A stretch of DNA of 64,000 bases, taken from contig CDPCPM010000370.1 of the NCBI GenBank assembly GCA_976551045.1, positions 620,001-684,000 on the forward strand, written 5' to 3'. Of the stretch, positions 53,201 to 64,000 are shown piece by piece (within the stretch, counting starts at the first letter, position 1; every line of letters begins with the position of its first letter). Both the position numbers and the translations under genes were made by a program. The stretch is from Glaucostegus cemiculus. Lineage: Eukaryota. Under the pieces are notes generated by a model. That model was not told the origin of the DNA. It was given only the letters and a program-made list of their open reading frames with translations, and ran no database searches.

Positions 53201-54772
53201 AGTTCTGCACGTTGAAGAAGAATGAACTCCAGGATTTAATCCTTCATTGGAATGATTCTCCCCTCTGACATAAGTCATACTTGTTCAATTGAACTGGAAA
53301 TTACGTTATTAGGGGCCTGCCCTGTTTACTTTGAAGAAGTTGTCACTATTCTTCATATTAACTGTTCTCTTGGTTGAATCTCGCGCGGATGCTGAACGGG
53401 TTTTGTGGCCGTGGTCACGTAGGGAAGGCATTCAGGCGTTGATGTATGTAACTGTCTGCAAATAGAGAACTCCCTGTATGAAAGATTGAGAGGTGTAAAC
53501 GGAATAAACTTTTCCCCATAAATACGGAACAGAAATAGTGAGCGAGAAATACAAATATTTCAGCTCTTTCAGCAAGAAGTTGCCTTTCAGAAATCTGTGT
53601 CAGTGAGACTAAATGAGGACAAGATCCTCACAGTTAGGGAAGGATCTCTTCTCGGTGGCGCACACGTAATCACTGTGTGTGTTTGTGTGTGTGTGTGTGT
53701 TTGTGTGTGTTTGTATGTGTCTGATGTGAGTTTGTGTGTATAAGTCTCTCCGTGTCTCCACGGTTTTCAACTCGTTATTTCTGTCGATGCTCGTTACCGA
53801 TGTGGATACATTGATAAGAAGGCAGCCAATTTCACATTAAGCAATATTGTGCCACCTAGTGGCCATGATCATCTGTCTTCCCGTGAGCAATTCTAAAGTA
53901 AGCTCCGGTCAGCAATTTTGTTGTGACATCCGGTGCATTCTGTGGGTTAGGGGAGCAACTTTCTGCCCATTGGGAAGATCCCGGCTGAGGAAACTTAGTG
54001 TCGCCCCAGTCCGGCCGCTACGTGGTCCCCAGACCCAATGTATCAATGGCAATGTAAACTTTAACTGGTGGAGAGTAAACAAGTTGTACTTTTTGGGGAT
54101 TTCTAACAGGCCCTCCGAACTAATGGTTACAATTGCTATCTGGAAACATACATTATAATTAACATTGTTCCGTACCTCCGTTATGTTATTCTATGCACAG
54201 TCTTTTAATCTTGACAACATTGAGAAACGGCAAACTCCATGTATTCCACTGTGAAACATTCCTTGCTATTACGAACAAAATGTACATCTTGCTCTCTGTT
54301 GGCCGAATTCACGGTTTGTCTCGTTATTTCATGAGGTACTGGTCGGCCTTCTTGTTTTTTTTTCATTTAGCTGACCTTTCCACAATGAGTCACATTCTTT
54401 ATTTTTGTTTATTTTTGTGATCTGCGTGAAAGAACGGCGAAGTGCGTACTGCGCGTGATTTAACAGCAATACACGGACATAAATTGCTGAAGAGGAATCT
54501 TTGAAAATCAAAATAAATCTGCAGTTGGCGAAAATTCGGATTAAAATTTATAAAATATGGGAGACTCTCAGTACGTCAGGCAGCATATATGAAACCGGAA
54601 ACAGAGCTATTGAATGTCGATATTTTCTGTTGTTTTAAATCCCTAATTTATGCATATTGATACCAGTTTAAAGGGTGGCGGGCTCATGCGTCGGTGGTGC
54701 TGAGTTCTGCTGTGTTGTGGGTGCTCAGTGAGGGACCCACCATTTCGTTCGAGAAAATACATAAAATCCCGT

Positions 54773-54846
54773 TTTCTCTGATCGGCAATCGCAGGTAAAC
54801 TGTAGTGGTGGAAGTGCCATGTCCTGCCAAGGGACCATTAAAGATA
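54773..54846 (-). pseudogene. Very degenerate tRNA-Glu relic (paralog of 48058)
   Basis: TTCTCTGATCGGCAATCGCA..GTGGTGGAAGTGCC..TCCTG, with the shared flank GAAAACTGTCGAACCAAATCCCCCCTG. Confidence 0.5.
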
Positions 54847-57567
54847 CTGGTGAATTGACCGTACTGTCTGGTGAAAACTGTCGAACCAAATCCCCCCTGC
54901 ACAGCCGACTTACCAGACCGGAAAAGCTGACAGCTCATGGGCTTCTGCTGTACTCTGGTGGAAGGTCGTAAGACACTTCCATCCTCAGCACATCAAAGAC
55001 ACCAGATTTCCTCAGCAGTGGACAGTTTGGATAAATTATTTGGTTTTACTGTTCTTGAGGCTGCAGCTGAGTGGCTCCGCTGATTATCTCTGGCCCCTGA
55101 GTTTCTCCATAACTGAAACAAGTGAAAACTCGCCCAGAAATTCCTGCCGCCGTGTGGCTCACCGGTCTACCCGGTTACATCGGATTTAACACGAGTTTGT
55201 GTTCTTTGCCATCCCTGGTGGGTTAACAGGGACGGTGACAGAGAGAAGGGACATGAATATTTTCTCGGACTCCTCTCTAATTATTCCCTCAATTTCTTAC
55301 CCAAAATGTCAAGGGAATATCTCCTTTCCATTTACTTCATTTGAGAATGTCTTAAATTTGAATAGCTCACTGACGTTCCTCAGGGTATCCTCCAGTTCAT
55401 GGAAAACACACCGCGCATGTTCAGTCCATTATTCCTTCTAAAATATCCCGGTTGGACAAGAACTTTGTGGGTATCCACTTCGGCCTGTCCATTCCATTGT
55501 TATCTCTGTGTTTTGTTGTGAGTGTACCAGCGCGCAATATTCAAACCGCCACTGATCAAGCGTTGTGTATAATTACGACACAACGCCCTTCTTCCTCCAT
55601 TCCAGTTTTGAGGCCAATTGCAAGAGTGATATTGACTAACAGTCACGCTTCTGACACCACTGGATGAGCTGCCAAAGAACAAACTGTTGGTGATGTTAGC
55701 ATTTTTTATTAGAGTCATTCGTCACTGGGGAAGAGCCCCTCAGTTACGTAGTGATGAATATTGTCTCACAGCAACGATTGAGTCCCACGTTCTTTCATAC
55801 ATTTTTCCCGTGACAACAACTTGTCTGTGTTCGAGTTAATCTCTAAGCCTGCGTCTGTTTAGTTGTCCATCTGTGCTTGATGGCCCAGTCATATTCTTTC
55901 AGTTTGTTCATTTCTGTCCAGCTCGCTCTGTTTGTGTTTCTGTGAAGCGTGGGTCTGAGTGTCCTTGTGCGTGTTCAGTCCATGAGTTTCCGTGTATCTC
56001 TCTTACAGCTGACAAGCGACAGAAGAGGGCGCCCTCGAATCAACTTCTGAGTCCATTCGATGGACGTATCTTCGAAAGGGTGCACCCAAATCCTGCGACT
56101 GTTCAGTTGTTTCTGATGAAGCGTCCTCGATCAAAAACTTTATTTCTTTTTCCGCACATCATTAATTGAGCTTCTAAGTGTTTCAAACATTTACATCTGT
56201 TATGTGCATTCTCATTATTTACCCATCTATACATTTAATCTGTCTGTTTATTTAATTGTCGATCTATTTAATCACTTATTTGTGTGTTTATTTTTACTTA
56301 CGTCTCTCTTTCTAACTATCGATCTATCAAACGATATATCGATCCACAGTGTCGATCTTCCCATCCATTTATCTATTTCAGATCATTAAAGAGCGATAAC
56401 AAACCACGCTTTGAAGTTTGAACACCTGAATGTTCGAACATATGGCACCGATTGAACATATGAAATGGTTATTCTCCCTTTGCGCCCTTTCCAGAGATTT
56501 ACCTCAGCACTGTTTTTCGCACGAACTCAATATCCACTGATTCCATAAATATCTCGAAATACATTGATCCCAGTCTGAATATCCTTAAACATGCCGCTTC
56601 CACCGTTGGGCATTGAATTCCAAATATCCACCCCTCTCCTGCTGAAAGACTCCCTCCTCGTCTTCGTCTGCAATGGCTGTTCCCTAATTAACAAACTGCG
56701 ATTTTTGGTCCACGCAGCCCGTTCGATGGAAAGAAATATCTACTCACCCTTTACAAGACAACCCCCTGCAGGATTTTAGAAGTTTCAGTGGCAGAGTCTC
56801 GCAATTTTCTCAGCCAATCTGTGCCTGCTCTTCATATTTTCCTCAGACAAAACCTGATCATTCAGGGAGAAACCTGGTAACCTTTCTCTCCTCTCTATCA
56901 CGTGTCCCTTCGTGAAGAAAGAAGAACGGACTTACACAAGACACACGTCCTGTGGTGTCATCAAAGCCCTGTTCAACTGACGTGTCAAGCTTTGTCCTCA
57001 ATGATGACTGCAATAAATGCCAATGCATCTTTTCTTCTCAGTACGTCGTCACCATTGTCGGCACCTGCCATTTTATAACATGCTCTCCCGTATATCGATT
57101 GTTGGAGACTGGTTGTCAGAGAGCGTCTCCTTTTCCTGGAGTCCGCGACTTCGCAATCAGAACCAAATAAACTGCTTCCATTCTTCCCTCCACCATCAAA
57201 GTCCCACTGATCAAGTGATGCTTCCACCTGATTTGAAATCGTGGAAGTGAATTATTCATTCTTACTTCAGAGTTCCAGTGTCCGTTGCTTTTCGCTTTCA
57301 CATGTTATTTCTCTTTCTGTCCCAGACCGGAAGAGTTGCAAGTCCCGCCCACATTTATGTCATTATTTTGTTGAACGAATGAGCTGAAAGCTGATTGGAT
57401 GTTTAGCAAGTCAAAAGAAGGGGTACAGTAACAAAGGGGTGGCACCTACTCACTCTGCTAAGAATATCTCAAACAGCAGGGAGACCGCCTATCGCTCGGC
57501 ATTGGGTTAAAGTAGATTTTGTCCCCGGCCGAATTCTGTTGAAATCCGCCATAATCTTCATACAACT

Positions 57568-58079
57568 ATGAGCTCTGTTTATTTGGTGCTGACAGCGGCA
57601 GCGCTCTTAACCGGTGAGTTCTCGCGTACACAGAACTGCGGTTCACAGTTGCATCACATCTTATATTTAAACTGCCTGGTCACCCAGACCGAAGGTAGTA
57701 TTGGGAGAAGGGCATATTATGGGGAATGAACACAATGAAGTGACATTGTTTATGTTATCCTCGTCCGCATTCTTGCAGCAAAATGTCGGGGAGACTCCAT
57801 TTCACAGACGCCGGCTACAGCCACAGTGAGCGAAGGGGACAATGTCCAGTTGCACTGTAACTTTTCAACAGCAGATGACACTCCGTATCTCTATTGGTAC
57901 CGTCAATCTCCCAGCGGAGCCCTGGAATTTCTCATCCAGAAAAGCAAGTTCAGCGAGAAGGGAAACAACGCAGTGGAGCGACTATCGGCCACTCTCGAGC
58001 TTTCGAACGGAACCGTCCCACTGACAGTGGCTGAAACCCAGCTGGGAGATTCAGCGGTGTATTACTGCGCACTGCGACC
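57568..58079 (+). CDS. TCR alpha/delta V segment: leader 57568-57613, V exon 57779-58079, 23-RSS 58080-58118
   Basis: MSSVYLVLTAAALLT-A|GTGAGT; GDSISQTPATATVSEGDNVQLHCNFST..YLYWYRQSP..LTVAETQLGDSAVYYCALRP; CACAGAG-23-ACAAAAACT. Confidence 0.93.
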
Positions 58080-58972
58080 CACAGAGAAACGGAGCGGAGC
58101 TAAGCCTGTACAAAAACTCTGTGCACTCTCAGAGACTGGTGCAGTATGAAGAAGTGGGGTGTGTTTGTCCGGGTAGCATTCAGTTTACGCTCAGTGTATG
58201 GCTGTGCCTCTCGGTACTTTTCTACCGTGTTTTCGTTCTCGGAGCTCTCGATGTAAACTGTCCTCATCTGTCCGCAGTAGGGAAATGCATCTTAATACCA
58301 CGGTTGCTCACTCTCCCAGTCAATGGTCGTTTTATGACCAACTTCGTGCCCTGTGCGGGTTTCCGTTTGTATCATTCATGGAGTAAATGATAGCTGTGCC
58401 TTAGCTGCTGTCTTTCCGCACCTATTTCCTGCTCCAGGCACTGATAACGCATGGAAGCTGTATCCCTCGACCCGAGATACATTATCTAAATATACAAAAT
58501 AATATCACGTAAAACTGAACAAAATAATTACAATGTTCGCGGGTTACTGAGCGATACATCTTGCAATTAGGTATCAGCAACGCCAGGCAGAATAAACAGA
58601 TTCAGCTGCATGAGCAAATATACTGAATGAAGGAATTGCAGAGTCAGTGAGTGAACGGCAGCGCTGTGGAAGTCTTGGCCACGTGGTGTGAGCAGCTGCT
58701 CTGGGATTGGTTGGCAGAATCATTCCCAGCCTTTCTCGAGTTCGGAAAAAAATCCGCTTCAGATAAGCAGTTTGAAAGTAATATATCTGTTCAGTTACTC
58801 TGAAATGGAATGGGCCGATGTTTTAGCGACGCAAAAATGGACATCACATTTAGTCCGCTGATACCGGTAGAAATCGGCATTTGGAAAGGAAATGGATATT
58901 TCCTCGCTATAATATTTCTCTTCCTTGGAGACTGGAACTTTCCTCAGTCTAACGGATCGGGCTGGAATCTAA

Positions 58973-59815
58973 TGTCAGTCAGAATGCAACTTCTGGTCGA
59001 GGTGAACAAAGCAGAAATAATTGGCACATTGCAAACTGATGGAATACCGCCGCATATTACAGTAAAACGCTTTAAAAATCTCTGTCATAACACAGAGTGA
59101 AGGAACCACTTCTTGCCCCCATAAATACGAGGATATGTGTGAAGCAGCGAGGACTGTGAATCTTTGTGCCGATGGGAACAGAGGGATTGAATATATTCAG
59201 TCCAAATTTGACTGACCTTTGGGGAACGGGCGGAACCATGGATTGTTTGAAACCAATCAGGTTTCTAAACTAAAGCCAAGTTCTGATCAACCATGCTGTA
59301 CGTAATTAGTGGAGTAGCAACGTCGGACCGAATGGCCTACTCGTGTTATTTTTTTTTTCTTATCTTCTTGCTATTAACGAATTCTCTATGTTTATGTTGG
59401 GATCGGAAATGTGATATCCCCATGGTCATTGCGTTGGAAAGAAATTTCCAGTTTTTGAGGGAACCACGGCATTAAAGGTGTGTTTTGGCGAAACGTGTCT
59501 TTAGAGAAATAGGAATTGGCAAATGCATGGTACTGGGCTGGTTTTAGTGGGCACTGTCACTGCCCAGTGTAATTTAATTGGGCAGTAACTCTAATACTCG
59601 GCGTTCTGTTGGAACATAAATGTCATCGCCGCCACACTACACTGCTTGTCATGGCAATGGCTACCAAATCCCAGTGTCCGAAAACACTGAAGTAATTCAG
59701 AAGCATCAGCAGGAAAAGTCAACTGTGCCAGGAGCGGTCAAAGAATCAAAATTGGATTAGAATATTCGGGACATTGGAAGTCGTGTAACGCCACTCAACC
59801 TCAGCCACAACTACG
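58973..59815 (+). repeat. Direct repeat, copy 1
   Basis: Highly similar to 63157-64000 along its length. Confidence 0.9.
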
Positions 59816-61498
59816 GGAAAAGAAATGGTCAGACTTGATGAAGAGAGATCTGGACAAACAGCTGATGTTCTTTGTGCAAGCGGCTGCGTTTGAAGTGAGG
59901 AAATGAAAGAAGCAGACGGACCCTTCTGCAAATATTCAGTAAGCAGCGTCTGCCACGACGCCCGGACCACGTCGGCCTGCCTTGTCTACTTTTCACACTT
60001 TCATTTCATATGTTAGAAAATATTTATAAAATTATAGTATTATATGTTCTGCCGCTTTATGTGGAAATGCGAATTCTGTTGAAACTGACATTTTCAGTAG
60101 AAGCGACCGGAGACGGTTTTGGATTTACCTTTCCTCCCAGTACCGTGAAGAACAGTGAATTGTACACCAAGTACTTTCATCGGAAAGAAAGGCATTCATC
60201 ATGTAACTTGAAGCTTGAAACTCAAGCTGTTTAAAAGCGATGATGTATGGTCAATTAATCCGCAAGGCACTGGACCGTGTGTTTGACCACTGGACCAAGC
60301 AGTCAATGGAATGACAGGTCAGACGATGAAATTTCAGGAAAAACTATAAGAATTCATGTACCATGAATGTGCAAAGGACCGTCTCATAGACTCTCAGAAG
60401 CGAATTACTCATTTAATTCATGAGAACATTTTATGGTTTAAATGTTTTGAATTGATGATAAAACACTTCATTCTTCCGAACTTCATACTCAGTTCAACAG
60501 GATCTTGGTGAATTATTTCGAGGCTCCACACAAAACTGTTCAAAACACTAAAGAGATGCGACATCCAGAAAAGATGCAAAATCCCAACGGTGCTCATAAC
60601 AGTAACCGTTCTAACGTTCGAAATGTTTTTAACGGCCGACGATGCTAAGAGTACGCGTCAGTTGTGCTTTCCCTAATCTCGCATAAATTGAGTGCGATGG
60701 TCCAATCATGTTGTGACTTTTTCTCTCAATTTCTTAAATAAGTACACGAAAATATCAGCAAATTGAATGGGGGCTGAACGCCAGGTTTGTTGATTGGCTT
60801 CTCTGGCCTAAATGTTGGAAACGAATGACGAGGTCGATTTATTTGCAGTCTCAATTTGTCACGGAACGGAATTGACCATTGTATTTAGAAATTTAATCTG
60901 CATGCCCTGGATAACCAGAATTTCAATGGCAATCTCGACACAAAGCCACAGGCGACATCCAAATCGATTGCTGATATTCGATAACAACGTGGCGAGAAAA
61001 GAACCAGCGATGTATTGCACAGCTGCGGAGTGAGGTCACGGCGTTGCCGACAGTTTGTGGTAAAAGATCTGATGGAACATCGTCACCTTCTTTTTTTCGA
61101 AATTTACACTCTGTGTCACTGCAAACGATTCAGCTCATTGGTAACGTAACAAATCTGATGTACGAGTTCGGACGCTAATTTTCGATTAAATCAAAGAATA
61201 ATGATAAATAAATCGATGAAATCTAATTTTTCGAAATAGAACAAAGAGAGATCAAAAGTATCTTTGCAATAAACGTTTGGATAACCTTCGTGTTACGGAA
61301 ACTCGGAATTACATGGTTCAGCTGTCCAATTCCACTTCCCACCTCAACTACAATTTGTACTCCAGGAAAGACAACGGAATTTTCCGTCGACTTTGATACA
61401 CTTCAGTTGCATTGAGTGTGTTCGCCCTCTGGCGGCCGGTCTCGCGATTTCCAAAGGTGGGTTTTTGATTGGGTCGGCTCGGTTTCTGCATCACTGTG

Positions 61499-61981
61499 GG
61501 GTTGAAAGCACAGAGGTACACGGCAGAGTCGGAGATCATGGCCTCTCGGATCGTTAGCTCCGTGAATTTCGAGTCTTTTTCGAAAGTAGACGAAATTCGG
61601 TCAGTGAAGTCTTTATTTTTATTCAGTTGCTTTCCGACAAAATGAAGCAGATACGTTGGAGGCTGTCCTCGCGGCTGTCTATACCAGTAAACATACGGAT
61701 TTGAGTTGGTTGTTTTCAAGGTGCAGTTTAATGTGATGTTACTTTTCTCTTCAATGGTCATTTCAGCTACCGATTGTTCCACAGAGTCTTGTACGCTATA
61801 ATCTGACAGAGAAAAAGACAAGTTATTTTCACGAACACGATCTTGAAAAAGCTATTCATCGTCATTCTCTTGTCCTAAGAACAAGGCGACCATCATCAAG
61901 GGAAGTCTATCATTTTACTAGGAAAACATTCTTACCGAGAAGCGATGTAATGATGAGGAGCGGGAGCAAGTGATTCTTCAT
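61499..61981 (-). CDS. TCR alpha/delta V segment: leader 61936-61981, V exon 61499-61802, 23-RSS 61460-61498
   Basis: MKNHLLPLLIITSLL-D; QDSVEQSVAEMTIEEKSNITLNCTLKTTNSNPYVYWYRQP..DSAVYLCAFNP; CACAGTG-23-TCAAAAACC. Same family as the Vs at 43464 and 49748. Confidence 0.93.
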
Positions 61982-63156
61982 GATGATCTCTGAATCTGCA
62001 GCTCTGCAGTTCGGAAACACCTTGTTGAACCAAGAATATAGACCCCATGTGCTACGGCTCTGTTGAACCAACCAATCACTTGCAGCAACTCGTGATCATA
62101 ACTCTCCAATGAGAAAGGCGAGCAAATATGCTCGAGCCGACAGTCGGATACGTGAGCTGTGGGCGGGACGGCTACAAAAGTTGAAAAAAACAACAACTGA
62201 GCAGATTGTCTTCAATGTGAAAATGCGAGAAGTGCGCTGCGCCACCCAGCGGCCAGCAGAGATAGCGGTTGTCGAAGGGAAGAATGTGACCAAATTGCGC
62301 TTGGTCATGGCACAGGTGCCTGCAAGCAGAGAGGTGGCAGCGAAATGGAGCTGTTGCGCAACAACAGAGAAAATAATAGTGTTTAATCATATCGAAACGA
62401 CGACTGAGAGAATATAAGCACATTGTTTGACAGAGAAGTGCAGAATCATTAAACAACCTCAATCTCAGAGAAAAAAATCGCCGAGAAGTTATGTGACCTT
62501 GGAAGCTAATGCATATCTGAATGACGTTATTCATCGTTTTTCGCGTGTAAGTGCATCTGAGGATTTCGGGGACAGAGCTGTGGTCAGAGGACGTGGATGG
62601 GGGCGCTGTGAGGCGAAAGTCAACGGGATGAAAATGTAACTCGGTGAAAATGTGATCTCTTCCACCAGATGGTAAAAATGGAACAGTCCCCATCAGACCC
62701 GATACACCGACAATGTTTGCACAGATGCTGGCTGATCTGCTGTGAGTTTACTGTTTTTCATCTTTACATTTCAGATTTCCAGCACGTACATTCTTATTAA
62801 CATTTATTTTCAACTATTGTGTCTTGAGCCTGCGGTTTCAAAACAGAAATGTGCAACAATATGAAACCGGGCAGTACTCTTGCGGCTTTTCCGCGAGTCC
62901 AGTCACTACAGTGTCCTGCTTTCACAGCCACTGCCCGGCTTCCTGCCTTAGCATCCAGAAGTAGGAACGATTGATCCGGAGAGGGGTGCTTGCTGTTTTC
63001 CTGCGATACTTCTGTTTGGAATAGGTGGAAACGCAGGTAGAATCATTGCGTTGCTTTTGTGATCGTTCTTTTCCCTCTGTATCCGTATTCTCTGCCCAGT
63101 ATAGAACTCCAGAATTTCTTTTCATTTCCCAGCCAATAGTCTCGAAGGCGATGAGG

Positions 63157-64000
63157 TGTCAGTCGGAATGCAACTTCTGGGCCAGGTGAAAAAAGCAGAA
63201 ATAATTGGCACATTGCAAACTGATGGAATACCGTCAAATAATACAGTAAAATGCTTTAAAACTCTCTGTCATGACACAGCGGGAAGGATCCACTTCTTGC
63301 CCCCATAAATACGAGGATATGTGTGAAGCAGCGAGGACTGTGAATCTTTGTGCCGATGGGAACAGAAGGATTGAATATATTCAGTCCGATTTTGACTGAC
63401 CTTTGGGGAACGGGCGGAACCATGGATTGTTTGTAAACAATCAGGTTTCTAAACTAAAGCCAAGTTCTGATCAACCATGCTGTTAGTGATTAGTGGAGTA
63501 GCAACGTCGGATCGAATGGCCGACTCGTGTTATTTCTTCTTTCTTATCTTCTTGCTATTAACGAATTCTCTATCTTTATGCTGGAATCGGGAATGTGATA
63601 TCCCCATGGTCATTGCGTTGGAAAGAAATTTCCAGTTTTGAGGGCACCACGGCATTAAAGATATGTTTTGGCGAAACGTGTCTTTGGAGAAATAGTAATT
63701 GGGAAATGCATGGTACTGGGCTGGTTTTACTGGGCACTGTCACTGCCCAGTGTAATTTAATTGACCAGTAACTCTAATACTCGGCGTTCTGTTGGAACAG
63801 AAATGTCAATCGCCGCCAGACTGTACTGCTCGTCATAGCAATGGCTACCGAATCCCAGTGTTAGAAAACTGCAGTAATTCATAACCATCAGCAGGAAACA
63901 TCAACTGTGCTAGGAGCGGTGAAAGAATCAAAATTAGATTGCAATATTCGGGACATTGGAAGTTGTGTAACGCCAGTCAGCTTCAGCCGGAACCACGGTA
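63157..64000 (+). repeat. Direct repeat, copy 2 (runs off the window)
   Basis: Highly similar to 58973-59815. Confidence 0.9.

Larger units (their letters stand above)
42723..55740. repeat. Tandem segmental duplication: unit 1 ~42723-49014, unit 2 ~49015-55740, one V gene each
   Basis: Collinear homology along the whole length: V gene, promoter, CTCF-like motifs, TG microsatellite, tRNA relic. Confidence 0.9.

Noticed and set aside
1-64000. TCR constant exons, J-alpha/J-delta array, or germline-joined VDJ
   Set aside because: None seen. Every intact V still has its own RSS, and the only J found is the NAR-type one.

Overview
Vertebrate DNA, inferred to be from a cartilaginous fish (shark/ray), covering part of the V-gene array of the T-cell receptor alpha/delta locus. 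The main feature is a complete, apparently functional NAR-TCR cassette on the + strand. It has a leader (11027-11069), an IgNAR-like V with 22-spacer RSS (11209-11499), one D with 12/12 RSS (11876-11890), a NAR-type J with 23-RSS and splice donor (12272-12320), and a leaderless supporting V-delta (15140-15451). The extra cysteines in the two V domains match the known interdomain pair. The supporting V-delta carries two tandem 23-RSS. Six further intact leader+V+23-RSS segments lie on both strands, along with several V pseudogenes. Other features are a decayed GPR139-like GPCR pseudogene, an intact tRNA-Glu(TTC) with three relic copies, many CTCF-like motifs at fixed positions around V genes, a degenerate 42-bp palindromic satellite, segmental duplications, SINEs, CR1 and Rex1-like LINEs, and a solo LTR. 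NAR-TCR is a known receptor class. The tandem RSS, RSS-proximal CTCF motifs, tRNA+CTCF modules and satellite are the least explained observations. All calls were made by eye; no searches were run.
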